Source: Oscillospiraceae bacterium
Lineage (GTDB): Bacteria > Bacillota > Clostridia > Oscillospirales > Oscillospiraceae
DNA: 64,000 nucleotides
Direction: 5' to 3'
Assembly (NCBI GenBank): GCA_015068465.1
Contig: SVKM01000001.1
Location: forward strand, 1,552-65,551
Below the pieces are notes generated by a model. It made no database searches, was not told the DNA's origin, and worked only from the letters and a program-made list of their open reading frames with translations. Below are positions 34,874-44,593 of this stretch, piece after piece. The number at the start of each line of letters is the position of its first letter. The stretch's first letter is position 1. The position numbers were made by a program, and so were the translations under genes.

Positions 34874-36076
34874 ATGAATCCGATTCAGGCGGCATACTGC
34901 CGCGCATTTCAGCAGGGCTTCCGCATCATGTATCCGCATTTTCCCTACCGCGAGCCGGAGGAGCTGCGCTCCGACGCGGATATCCCCGCAAAGCTGAAGG
35001 AGCTGGGCATTTCCTCGGCGCTTCTGGTCACGAATGAGAGCCTGCGGGGCCTCGGCGTCACCGCGGCGCTCGAGCGCGCGATGGAGCACGCCGGCGTCCG
35101 GTGCGCCGTGTACGACAAGACGCCGCCCAACCCGTCCATCGACCATGTGGAGGAGGCGTACGCCCTCTATCGCGGCGCGGCTTGCGGCGCGGTGATCGGC
35201 TTCGGCGGCGGCTCATGCATCGACTGCGCCAAGACCGTGGCGGCGCGGGCGGCGTATCCGAAGCGCAGCGTCCGGCAGCTCGCGGGCAACCTCAAATTCT
35301 GGGGCAAGCTCCCGCCCGTATTCGCCGTGCCGACGACGGCGGGGACCGGCAGCGAGGCGACGCTTGCCGCCGTGCTGGTGGACGGGGAAACGCGCCGCAA
35401 GTTCACGATCAACGCCTTCCCGCTCATCCCGCGCTACGCGGTGCTGGACGCGCAAAACACCGTCGGCCTTCCGCCGTTCTACACGGCGACGACCGGCATC
35501 GACGCGCTGACCCACGCGGTGGAGGCGTACATCGGCCAGTCGACTACGCGCGAAACGAGAGCGTGGTCGATCGAGGCGGCAAAGCTCATTTTTGAGTACC
35601 TGCCGCGGGCGTACAAGGACGGCGGCGATCTGGAAGCGCGGCAGGCGATGCTGCACGCGTCGTATCTCGCGGGGATGTCGTTCACCCGCTCCTATGTGGG
35701 CTACTGCCACGCGGTGGCGCACTCGCTCGGCGGACGCTACGACACGCCCCACGGCCTTGCGAATTCGGTGTTGCTGCCCTATGTGCTGCGCGCCTACGGC
35801 AAGAGCGTCTATCGCCGGCTCAAGGAGCTTGCGGTGGCGGTCGGGATCGCGGGGGAGAACCTGCCGGAGGCGTTCGCGGCGGAGCGCTTCATCCGCGCGA
35901 TCGAGGATATGAACCGCGAAATGGGCATCCCCGACAAGCTCAGCGGCATCCGCCCGGAGGACGTCGAATCGCTCTCGCGCTTTGCAGACCGCGAGGGGAA
36001 CCCGCTCTATCCCGTGCCGCGCCTCATGGACAGGCGCGAGCTGCAGCGCTTTTACGCGATGGTGTCCGACCGGTGA
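34874..36076 (+). CDS. Iron-containing alcohol dehydrogenase
   Basis: GFGGGSCID, PTTAGTGSE, GIDALTHAVEAY, HAVAHSLGG, PHGLAN. Confidence 0.94.
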   Translation: MNPIQAAYCRAFQQGFRIMYPHFPYREPEELRSDADIPAKLKELGISSALLVTNESLRGLGVTAALERAMEHAGVRCAVYDKTPPNPSIDHVEEAYALYRGAACGAVIGFGGGSCIDCAKTVAARAAYPKRSVRQLAGNLKFWGKLPPVFAVPTTAGTGSEATLAAVLVDGETRRKFTINAFPLIPRYAVLDAQNTVGLPPFYTATTGIDALTHAVEAYIGQSTTRETRAWSIEAAKLIFEYLPRAYKDGGDLEARQAMLHASYLAGMSFTRSYVGYCHAVAHSLGGRYDTPHGLANSVLLPYVLRAYGKSVYRRLKELAVAVGIAGENLPEAFAAERFIRAIEDMNREMGIPDKLSGIRPEDVESLSRFADREGNPLYPVPRLMDRRELQRFYAMVSDR

Positions 36077-36486
36077 CGCACGGCGCGCGGACGGCTGAAG
36101 AAGGTGCTCGCCGTCTGCTTGACCTCAACCTCCTGCTGAACATCGTCGCGCGGCTGCGCGGCCACGGCGTCCGCTTCGCGCTTGACGATTTCGGCACCGG
36201 CTCTTCCTCCATCGGCATCATCAAGGCGATCCCGCTCGACACGATCAAGATCGACCGCAGCTTTATTCTTGAGATCGAGGAGGACGGGCAGGAGCAGCAG
36301 CTCGTGGAGCATTTTACAAACCTTGCCGCGCTGTTCGGCGCAAAGGTCTGCGTGGAGGGCATCGAAACGGAGGGCGTGCGCGACATTCTGCAACGCTATC
36401 GCGTACACAGCTTCCAGGGCTAGCTGTTCGGCCGCCCGATGGATTTTGAGGCGTTTTACGGCCTGACGAAGGAACAAAACCGATAG
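36073..36486 (+). pseudogene. 5'-truncated EAL phosphodiesterase remnant with in-frame TAG
   Basis: FALDDFGTG.SS, IKIDRSF, VEGIET, QG*LFGRPM (TAG at 36421-36423 where Tyr is expected); N-terminal half with the EAL motif is missing. Confidence 0.85.
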
Positions 36487-36500
36487 AGAATACCAAGAGA

Positions 36501-36547
36501 AAGCGCATGCTTCCCGCCGTTTCGGCGGGAAGCATGCGCTTAAAAAA
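36501..36547 (-). terminator. Intrinsic terminator (19-bp perfect stem)
   Basis: AAGCGCATGCTTCCCGCCG/CGGCGGGAAGCATGCGCTT followed by an A-tract. Confidence 0.8.
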
Positions 36548-36576
36548 TGCGGGGGGACGGCTTCTTCCTCAAGCGC

Positions 36577-36909
36577 TCAGCCGTGCTTTGCGATCACGGC
36601 AAACACGCAAAGCGGTTCGTCCCCGTCGTTGATGAGGCTGTGGTCGTGCCCCTGCGGGCAGTAGTGGCAGCAGCCGGGCAGCATGGGCTCCTCCTTGTCC
36701 GCGTACAGGACCCTGCCCTTTCCGCTGACGCCGTAAAATATCTCGTAATTCGTCTCGTGCGTGTGCCGGCCGATGGACGCGCCCGGCTCCAGCGTGAGGA
36801 GCATGATGCGCGCGGCGTCGTCCTCAAAGGTCTTTTTGTGCACGTTGCCCTCGCCGTCGCGCATCCGGTGAATGACTTCTTCCGCGATCTCCTGAAACTT
36901 GATCTCCAT
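36577..36909 (-). CDS. Cupin-domain protein
   Basis: PGASIGRHTH..NYEIFY..SG.G and PG..HYCP.GH.HSL.N. Confidence 0.88.
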   Translation of the reverse strand: MEIKFQEIAEEVIHRMRDGEGNVHKKTFEDDAARIMLLTLEPGASIGRHTHETNYEIFYGVSGKGRVLYADKEEPMLPGCCHYCPQGHDHSLINDGDEPLCVFAVIAKHG

Positions 36910-36975
36910 AACAATACCCTCTTTCTTTCAATGATGGATAACGCAGCGCACGCCGCGCCATCGGGAATGCTGCGG

Positions 36976-38028
36976 TCACTCTTCCCGCATCCGGAAGCCC
37001 GTGTCCTCGGCAATCATCTGGAGCATGATCTCCGCGAACGCGGGGTCGAACTGCGCCGAGCGCCCCTTTTCGATCTCCGCGCGGATGGTCTCCTGCGACA
37101 GCACGCCGCGGTAGCTGCGCCGCGACGCCATGGCGTCGTAGGCGTCCGCCACGGAGATGATGCGCGCTTCCTCGGGAATGTCGTTTCCGGCGATGCCGTC
37201 CGGGTAGCCCGTCCCGTCCCAGCGCTCGTGATGCCAGCGCGCGCCGATGGCGAGCTCCGGGAACTCGGAAATGTTGTGCAATATGCGATCGCCCTGCACG
37301 GGATGGGTCTTGATGACCGCGTATTCCTCGTCGGTCAGGCGCCCGGCCTTGTTGATGATCTCGTCCGGTATCCCGATCTTCCCGATATCGTGCAAAAGGC
37401 CGATGAGATAGATGCTCTTCTGGCGCTCCCCGCTCCAGCCGGAGCGCCGCGCGATCTCGCGCGCGTATTTCGCCACGCGCTCGGAGTGGCCGTTGGTATA
37501 GGCGTCCTTTGCGTCGACCGCGCCGGAGAGCGCGCGGACGACCTGCTCGTTGATGCGCACGATCTGCTCCTGCTGCTCGACGACGGCGCGCGTCTTCTCT
37601 TCCACCTGCTTTTCAAGGTCGTTTTGCAGCCGGGTCAACTCTATCGTGTGGTGGACGCGCGTAAGCAGAACCTTGGGAGCGAAGGGCTTGCGGATGAAAT
37701 CCAGCGCGCCCTCGTCCAGCGCGCGCGCCTCCGCCTCGCTGTCCTCCTCCGCCGTGAGGAAAATGACCGGAATGGCTGCCGACGCGGGGTTTTCCCGCAT
37801 TGCCGAGAGCGTTTCGAAACCGTCCATGCCGGACATGTGCAGGTCGAGCAGCACCAGATCGGGCACCTTGCCTTCGCTGCGGAGCATGCGCAGCGCCATC
37901 TCGCCCGAGCGGACGCAGCTCGCCCGTATCCCGCCCGAGGCAAGGATACGGTTCGCGATGTGAAGGTTTACCGAGTCGTCGTCCACGACGAGCACCCAAT
38001 CGGCGCCGGTTTGTGCCTTTTCGATCAT
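36976..38028 (-). CDS. Response regulator with HD-GYP phosphodiesterase output
   Basis: LVVDD, LLDLHM, FIRKP; HS.RVA, LLHDIGKIG, HHERWDGTGYP, VADAYDAM. Confidence 0.93.
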   Translation of the reverse strand: MIEKAQTGADWVLVVDDDSVNLHIANRILASGGIRASCVRSGEMALRMLRSEGKVPDLVLLDLHMSGMDGFETLSAMRENPASAAIPVIFLTAEEDSEAEARALDEGALDFIRKPFAPKVLLTRVHHTIELTRLQNDLEKQVEEKTRAVVEQQEQIVRINEQVVRALSGAVDAKDAYTNGHSERVAKYAREIARRSGWSGERQKSIYLIGLLHDIGKIGIPDEIINKAGRLTDEEYAVIKTHPVQGDRILHNISEFPELAIGARWHHERWDGTGYPDGIAGNDIPEEARIISVADAYDAMASRRSYRGVLSQETIRAEIEKGRSAQFDPAFAEIMLQMIAEDTGFRMREE

Positions 38029-38221
38029 GCGCATCCTCTTTTCGCGTTGTTCTGCTGACGATATTATAGTGGCATTTCGCCACATTTTCAAGCGCGGAGC
38101 GGGAATCATTTGCGAAAAAGCGGTGAGAAAATTTCAAAAATAGTGAAAAACTCCGAAAAACACACAACATATTGGGGGAGGAGGCGGATGCGGGCGCCTG
38201 CGAAACGGAGGCTCCGCGAAT

Positions 38222-38250
38222 TTGCCAAATCCGCGGAGCCGTGCTATACT
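38222..38250 (+). promoter_or_regulatory. sigma70 promoter of the amidase-NRPS operon
   Basis: TTGCCA-17-TATACT with a TG upstream of the -10. Confidence 0.65.
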
Positions 38251-38276
38251 CAACGGAGAAAGGGGAGAGCTTGAAC

Positions 38277-39071
38277 ATGCTGCAAAGGTATCTTTATCTG
38301 CTCATGCTGCTCGCGCGGCTGCTGAGCCTTTACGCCCCCGCCCCCGCGGACGCGGCGGCGGAGGACGCGGACGATGCGCCGGTTCAGACGGAGCAGGAGG
38401 CCCTCGCGCGGGACGAGGCGGAGCGGCTGCCGCTTTCGGGGCACATCATCTGCGTCGACCCGGGGCACTGCGTCACGCCGCTGACCGGGAAGGGGTACAC
38501 GGAGCTGGTCTCCCCGCTGTCCGACCAGCGCAAGGCGCTTTATACCACGGGAACGCAGGGCAAGCACCTGACGGAGGAGAAGCTGAATCTGATCCTGGGG
38601 CTGAAGCTGCGCGACCGGCTGGAGGAGCTCGGCGCGACGGTCGTTATGACGCGCGAGGTCTCCGAGATCACGATCTCGGGCATTGAGCGCTGCGAGATCG
38701 CGCACGAGGCAAACGCCGAGGTCAGCATCCACATCCACGCGGACGGCAACGCCGACCGCCGCGTCCACGGCGTTTCCGTGTTCGTTCCCGCCGGAGACCT
38801 GCTGGGGACGCCGGAGATCAAGGACGAGAGCGTCCGCCTCGGCGAGCTCATGGTCAACGCCGTGGCGGCGGAAACGGGCGCAAAGAACCTCGGCACGGTC
38901 AAGCGCACGGATCTGACGAACTTCAACTTTTCAAAGATCCCCACGGTGCTGATCGAAACGGGCTTTATGACGAATCCCGAGGAGGACGCGAAGCTCGAAA
39001 CGGAAGAATACCAGGACAAGATCGTCACGGGAATGGTCGCGTCGATCCTGGCGTGGTACGGGGTCGGCTGA
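38277..39071 (+). CDS. N-acetylmuramoyl-L-alanine amidase (Amidase_3)
   Basis: ICVDPGH, E..LNL, VVMTR, SIHIHAD, VLIETGFMTN.EE; N-terminal hydrophobic segment. Confidence 0.9.
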   Translation: MLQRYLYLLMLLARLLSLYAPAPADAAAEDADDAPVQTEQEALARDEAERLPLSGHIICVDPGHCVTPLTGKGYTELVSPLSDQRKALYTTGTQGKHLTEEKLNLILGLKLRDRLEELGATVVMTREVSEITISGIERCEIAHEANAEVSIHIHADGNADRRVHGVSVFVPAGDLLGTPEIKDESVRLGELMVNAVAAETGAKNLGTVKRTDLTNFNFSKIPTVLIETGFMTNPEEDAKLETEEYQDKIVTGMVASILAWYGVG

Positions 39072-39073
39072 GC

Positions 39074-39673
39074 ATGGGACGCATCCTCTGCCTGGGCGAC
39101 TCGAACACCTACGGCTATGATCCGCGCAGCCTTTTCGGCGGGCGGTATCCCGACGGGGTGCGCTGGACGGGCTTGCTGCAAAGCACGGAGCGAGAGATCG
39201 TCAACTGCGGCCGGAACGGGCTTTGCATCCCGCGCGAGGCGCAGTTCCCCGCGCTCTATGACCTGCTCCGCCGCGCCGGAACGGCGGACACGCTCGTCGT
39301 GATGCTTGGCAGCAACGACCTGCTCGGCGGCGCGCCCGCAGAGGATGCCGCCGCGCGCATGGAGACGCTGCTGCGGTTTTTGGCGGAGCACGCGCCCGGC
39401 GCGCGCATCCTGCTGATCGCGCCGCCGCCGATGCGCTTCGGCGACTGGGTGCAGTCGCAGGCGCTGATCGACGAGTCCGTGCGTTTCGCTGCGCTCTGCC
39501 GGCAGCTTGCGGATAAGCTAGGCATTTCCTTTGCCGACGCGGGGGAATGGGACGTCACGACGGCGTTTGACGGAGTACATTTTTCGCCCGAGGGCCACGC
39601 CGCGTTTGCCGCGGGGCTCGCGGCGGCGTTGGATCGCACGCAGCGGCAACGCACAGAAAGGAACGCTTTATGA
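39074..39673 (+). CDS. GDSL/SGNH lipase-esterase
   Basis: LCLGDSNTYG, N.GRNG, MLGSND, DGVHF. Confidence 0.92.
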   Translation: MGRILCLGDSNTYGYDPRSLFGGRYPDGVRWTGLLQSTEREIVNCGRNGLCIPREAQFPALYDLLRRAGTADTLVVMLGSNDLLGGAPAEDAAARMETLLRFLAEHAPGARILLIAPPPMRFGDWVQSQALIDESVRFAALCRQLADKLGISFADAGEWDVTTAFDGVHFSPEGHAAFAAGLAAALDRTQRQRTERNAL

Positions 39674-41274
39674 GCATACAGTGGAGACGGTACGACCTCA
39701 CCGAAGAGGCGGTCGACCAAATATCGGAATGGGTGCAGGAGACCTGCGACCGGCACGGCGTCCAAAAGCGCGAAAAGCAGCGCATCCGCCTGAGCGTTGA
39801 GGAGGTGCTGCTTCGGATCCGGAAGCACGGCGGGGAGGAGACGGTCTCCGTCGAGGCGGGGATCGGCGCGCGGCTCGGGAGGCAGGTGCTCCTCCTGCGC
39901 TATGCGGGCGGCGCCTGCGACCCCACCGATTACGACGAGGACGACTGGGCCAGCCGGATACGCGGCAACCTCGGCATTTCGCCGGTCTACAGCCGCCGCG
40001 GCGATTCCAACCGCGTTTCCTTCACACTGACGCAGCGCGCGAAGCTCGGCGGCACCGGGTCCATCCTCGCCGCGGCAGCCGCGGCTGCCGCGCTCGGGCT
40101 GCTCGGGCCGCTGCTGCCGGAGGCGCTTCGCACGGGGCTGGATTCGATGCTGCTCTCGCCGCTGACAAACGCCTTTCTGGGGCTGCTGAACACGTTCGCG
40201 GAACTGATGATCGCCTTTGCCATTTGCAGCGGCATCCTCGGCATGGGCGATTCCTCGACTCTGGCAAAGACCGGAAAGACGTTTTTGATACAGATCGTGC
40301 TGCTCTGCACGGCGGCGTCCGCGCTTGCCGCTCTGCTGGCGGCGCCGGCGCTGCGCCCGGAGATGTCCGCCGCCGCGCAGTCGCACTTTACGCAGGCGGG
40401 GAAGATCGGGGAGATGCTCTTCGCCATCCTTCCCTCCGACCCGGTGACGCCGTTCCTCTCCGGGAACACCCTGCAGATCATCGTGATCGCCATGTTCCTC
40501 GGCGCGGGTCTGCTCGCGCTGGGCGAGCGGGCGCGGCATATCCGGGATATCGTCGAGGAGGGGACGCAGCTTTTCGCCCAAATGATGATGGCGGTCTGCC
40601 GCCTGATCCCGCTGTATGTGTTCACCGCGCTTTTGCGCCAGTTCTGGTCCGGCGGCGCGCGGGAGATCCTCTCGGTCTGGAAGCCCGTGGCGCTGATCGC
40701 GGGGATATCCGTCCTCTTTTTGCTGCTGATGCTGCTTTTCACGGCGTGGCAGACGCGCTGCCCCGCCTCGCTGCTGCTCCACAAGCTCGCGCCGCCCTGT
40801 CTGGTGGCGTTCACGACCTGCTCGAGCATCGCCGCGTTCCAGCCGAGCATGGACGCCGGCAGGGACGAGCTGGGGATCGACCCGGCGTTCCTGCGCTTCG
40901 CGTTTCCGATCGGCTCGGTGATGTATATGCCGATGGTTTCTCTGGGCCTGGTCGTCATGTCGGTCCATTTTGCCAGGGAATACGGCGTCGCCGTCAATCT
41001 CTCCTGGTTCATCATGGCGGTGGTGACGGCGAGCCTTCTCGCCATCGCGATCCCGCCGCTTCCCGGCGCGGGGCTGATGATCTTCAGCACGCTCTTCGCA
41101 CAGCTCGGGATACCGGCGGAGGCGCTGCTGCTTGCCGCGCTGATGAACGTGATGCTCGACTATATCATCACCGGCGGCAACAACGCGGCGCTGCTGCTGG
41201 AGCTGACGCGGGAGGCGGAGCATCTCCATATGCTCGACCGGACAGTACTGTTGAAACGAGGGAATGAAACATGA
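39670..41274 (+). CDS. Dicarboxylate/amino acid:cation symporter with N-terminal soluble extension
   Basis: AFTTCSS.AA, FPIG...M, AIPPLPG motifs; about 115-aa N-terminal domain (RLSVEEVLL.I..H). Confidence 0.85.
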   Translation: MSIQWRRYDLTEEAVDQISEWVQETCDRHGVQKREKQRIRLSVEEVLLRIRKHGGEETVSVEAGIGARLGRQVLLLRYAGGACDPTDYDEDDWASRIRGNLGISPVYSRRGDSNRVSFTLTQRAKLGGTGSILAAAAAAAALGLLGPLLPEALRTGLDSMLLSPLTNAFLGLLNTFAELMIAFAICSGILGMGDSSTLAKTGKTFLIQIVLLCTAASALAALLAAPALRPEMSAAAQSHFTQAGKIGEMLFAILPSDPVTPFLSGNTLQIIVIAMFLGAGLLALGERARHIRDIVEEGTQLFAQMMMAVCRLIPLYVFTALLRQFWSGGAREILSVWKPVALIAGISVLFLLLMLLFTAWQTRCPASLLLHKLAPPCLVAFTTCSSIAAFQPSMDAGRDELGIDPAFLRFAFPIGSVMYMPMVSLGLVVMSVHFAREYGVAVNLSWFIMAVVTASLLAIAIPPLPGAGLMIFSTLFAQLGIPAEALLLAALMNVMLDYIITGGNNAALLLELTREAEHLHMLDRTVLLKRGNET

Positions 41275-44200
41275 AGCTGATCCATGAGCTGGTAAGCGAA
41301 TACGCGGCGGCGTTTCCCGAAAAAACAGCGGTCGCCGACGCCGACGGCGAAATAAGCTACGGGGAGCTGGAGGCGCGCAGCGCCGCCCTCGCCGCGGCGC
41401 TCGCCGCGCGCGGCGTCGGGGCGGGCGACGCGGTCGCCGTCTATGTGCCCTACGCCAAGGAGATCATTTTGGGCGCCGTTTCCGCGCTGCGCGCGGGAGG
41501 CGTTTTTATTCCGTTTGACGACGCCTACCCCGTGGAGCGCCTGGACTATATGCTGCGCGATTCCGACGCCAAGGCGATCCTGACCGTGCGCGGGCTCTGG
41601 GAGCGGAAGAAGCCGGATTTCCCGGAGGAAAAGGCGGTTTTCATGGACGAGCCGCCGGAGGAGGACGGTGCGTTCGTTCCCTGCGAGGGGCTTTGCGAGG
41701 ACTCTCTTGCGATGCTGCTCTACACCTCCGGCACCACGGGGAACCCGAAGGGCGTGGTGCATACCCACAGAATGCTCACGCACCTTGTGGACTGGACGAA
41801 TGTCCATGAGGACGCCAGGATCGACGCAAATACCCGCTCGGGCGTGATGTCGAGCTTTTCCTTCGTCGGCTCGCAGATGTTTTTGATGGGGCCGATTTCC
41901 AAGGGCGGCACGGTCTGCATCGCGCCCGAGGCGGCGCGCAAGGACATCGGCTACCTCTATCAGTTCCTCCGCGAGGCGAGGGTCACGCATATCTTCCTGC
42001 CCTCCGGCCTTGCGGCGATATTGGCGGAGGACTATGACATCGACGGCATCCATGTCTTTGCCGCCGGGGAAAAGCTGCGCAATTTCCGCCCGCATTCCCC
42101 CGGCAACGTTCTGATCAACAGCTACGGGAGCACGGAAACCAGCGGCGTGCTGTCGGAAAAGATCCGCGGGGACGAGGAGCGCATTTCGGTCGGCAAGCCC
42201 TATGTCAACACGAAGGCGCGGCTCGTCGACGAGAATCTCCGGCCCGCGGCGCCGGGAGAGGCGGGCGAGCTGCTGATCTCCAACGGCTATATGTCGCGCC
42301 GGTACCGGGGCCTGCCGGACCTGAGCGCGCAGAAGTGGATCGTTCTGGACGGCGAGGTGTGGTTCCGCACCGGCGACCGCGCGCTGTATACGCCGGAGGG
42401 CGGCTACGAGCTGCTCGGGCGCATGGACAACATGGTCAAGCTGCGCGGCTTCCGCATCGAGACCGGCGAGGTCGAGGCGCAGGTCGCCAAAGCCGCGGCG
42501 GAGCTCGGCGAGGTGGGCCAGATCGTCGTGACGGTGCGGGCGGTCGGCGGCACGGACCGCCTTGTGTGCTACTACGAGGCGGAACAGGAGCTGGATACGC
42601 AGGCGGTCACGGAGGAGATCGCCAAGCACCTCGCGGAATACATGATCCCGGATATCTGGGTGCGCGTGAGCAAGTTCCCGCGAAACGCCAACGGCAAGGT
42701 GATGCGCGGCGAGCTGCCGCAGCCGAAGCGGACGCGGAAAACCGCCGGCGTGCTGGACAGCGAGCTGATCGCGCGCTTGCTGTGGACGGCGGCGGAGGTG
42801 CTGGACACGGACGACTTCATCAGCCCGGAAGACAAGTTCACCGAGCTCGGCGGCACCTCCCTGACCGCGATGAAGTACGCCGCGATGCTGCGCGAGCAGG
42901 GCATCAAGGTCAGCGGGGCGCAGATACTCAAGCTCAATGAGTTCCGCAGGATCGAGGCGGCGGCGGAGGTCGCCTATGAGCGGTTCTGGACGCAGGAGGA
43001 GTATGAGGCGGTGCGGCGCGACTTCGCCGAACGGGGCGAGCACATCCGGAAGGTCCTGCCCATCACGCCGCAGCAGGACGAGATGCTCTTCGAGCAGATC
43101 ATCCACCCGGACCGGGGCAGCCTGCGGAACGTCGTGTGCCTGCAAATGGACAGCGTCGTTTCGGAAAGCGATCTGCGCGAGGCGCTGGATCTCGTCGCGG
43201 CGGAAAACGAAACGCTGCGCTCCGCCATTGTGTTTCACGGCGTCACGGTCATCCAGCAGGCGGTCACCGACCGGAGGATCCCGCTTCACATGATCGAGGC
43301 GGGCGCGTTCGGCACGCAGGAGATGTCCGCCCTGCGCGACCAGCTCCTGCGCTCGCCCATGGATCTGCAGCGCTCAAGCCTGATGCAGGCGGTCTGCGTA
43401 CATGCCGACGGCATGACGTTCCTGTATGTGATGACGCATCGCGTCGCCTTTGAAAAGGCGCAGATGCAAAAATACCTTGCGCGCTTGAGCGGCGCGCTGG
43501 AGGAAAAGTACCCCGGCGACGAGTCCATCCGCGGCTGGCGGGAGATCTTTGAGCTCGGCCTCGGGGCGGAAGGCGCGGAGAAAACCGCCGCCGCGCCGGA
43601 GCGCATCAAGCGGGAAGCGCCGCCGGAGATGTGCGTCTATTCGGAGAACAAGGGCCCCAAGCTGGTCTTCGTCCACACGGGCAACACCGGCTCCGAGGCG
43701 TATTATCAGCTCGCCGACAGGATCGGCGATCGCGTTTCCTTCGCGGTCATCGAGCCGTTCAACCTCTACCATATGGACGAGGCGCGCTACGGCATCCCGA
43801 ATATTGCCGCGAACTACATCGACATCCTCAAGCGCTATCAGCCGCAGGGGCCGTATCTGCTCGGCGGATGGTGCTACGGCGGCGTCGTGGCGCACGAGAT
43901 GGCGTGCCAGCTTGAGCGCGCGGGCGAGGAGGTGCTGCGCCTGTTCATGCTGGATTCCCACGCGCTCGGCAGCGAGAGCCTGCGCGAGATGTCCAGGGGC
44001 ATGCACGCGCAGGTCAACCGCGAATACTTTGAGACGAGCCCGCTGTTCGCGGAGCTGCGCGAGAGCGGGATGCTGGAGGCGGTCGTCACCAACGCCGCGC
44101 ACGTATCGGAGGATCTGATGAACCACGTTCCGTCGTTCTTCCACGGCGATGTGACCTATTTCAAGCCCGACGAGATCCCGGGCGGCGTGACGGGGGACAA

Positions 44201-44381
44201 CCGCAGATACTGGGAGAAGATGATGGAGTTCGACGCCGGCAACTATGAGCGCTACTGCGAGCGCGGCAAGCTCCGCATCATCCACACGCCGCACGAGCAC
44301 GATCTGATGATGGACGCCGCGTCGCTGGATATCATCGTGCCGGAGATACTGGACGCCGTCCGAAAGGCGGCCGGACAATGA
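41271..44381 (+). CDS. Single-module NRPS-like enzyme: A - carrier - truncated C - thioesterase
   Basis: YTSGTTGNPKG, YGSTE, RTGD, VKLRGFRIE.GEVE, NANGK; FTELGGTSL (Ppant Ser); PITPQQ..MLF; GGWCYGG. Confidence 0.88.
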   Translation: MKLIHELVSEYAAAFPEKTAVADADGEISYGELEARSAALAAALAARGVGAGDAVAVYVPYAKEIILGAVSALRAGGVFIPFDDAYPVERLDYMLRDSDAKAILTVRGLWERKKPDFPEEKAVFMDEPPEEDGAFVPCEGLCEDSLAMLLYTSGTTGNPKGVVHTHRMLTHLVDWTNVHEDARIDANTRSGVMSSFSFVGSQMFLMGPISKGGTVCIAPEAARKDIGYLYQFLREARVTHIFLPSGLAAILAEDYDIDGIHVFAAGEKLRNFRPHSPGNVLINSYGSTETSGVLSEKIRGDEERISVGKPYVNTKARLVDENLRPAAPGEAGELLISNGYMSRRYRGLPDLSAQKWIVLDGEVWFRTGDRALYTPEGGYELLGRMDNMVKLRGFRIETGEVEAQVAKAAAELGEVGQIVVTVRAVGGTDRLVCYYEAEQELDTQAVTEEIAKHLAEYMIPDIWVRVSKFPRNANGKVMRGELPQPKRTRKTAGVLDSELIARLLWTAAEVLDTDDFISPEDKFTELGGTSLTAMKYAAMLREQGIKVSGAQILKLNEFRRIEAAAEVAYERFWTQEEYEAVRRDFAERGEHIRKVLPITPQQDEMLFEQIIHPDRGSLRNVVCLQMDSVVSESDLREALDLVAAENETLRSAIVFHGVTVIQQAVTDRRIPLHMIEAGAFGTQEMSALRDQLLRSPMDLQRSSLMQAVCVHADGMTFLYVMTHRVAFEKAQMQKYLARLSGALEEKYPGDESIRGWREIFELGLGAEGAEKTAAAPERIKREAPPEMCVYSENKGPKLVFVHTGNTGSEAYYQLADRIGDRVSFAVIEPFNLYHMDEARYGIPNIAANYIDILKRYQPQGPYLLGGWCYGGVVAHEMACQLERAGEEVLRLFMLDSHALGSESLREMSRGMHAQVNREYFETSPLFAELRESGMLEAVVTNAAHVSEDLMNHVPSFFHGDVTYFKPDEIPGGVTGDNRRYWEKMMEFDAGNYERYCERGKLRIIHTPHEHDLMMDAASLDIIVPEILDAVRKAAGQ

Positions 44382-44593
44382 CATGAGGCGCCGTATGGAG
44401 CCTTGGACCGCGGACAGCGCGGCGCCGGGCGCGCCGGACGTTCCGCTGCGCGTATGAATTCTGCCGCGTAAACTTGAACATAATCCGAAATCTGCATCTG
44501 TTATTGTGAGCTTGCAGAGTATATAATAAATAAGAACGAGCATTATTCCGACGCCCCGGAACGGGAGCGCGTGATAATCGTAACAGGTGGCAT

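Noticed and set aside
36421-36423. In-frame TAG as possible pyrrolysine or readthrough codon
   Set aside because: The gene is already 5'-truncated, a TAC-to-TAG change explains it, and no pyl genes are in the window.
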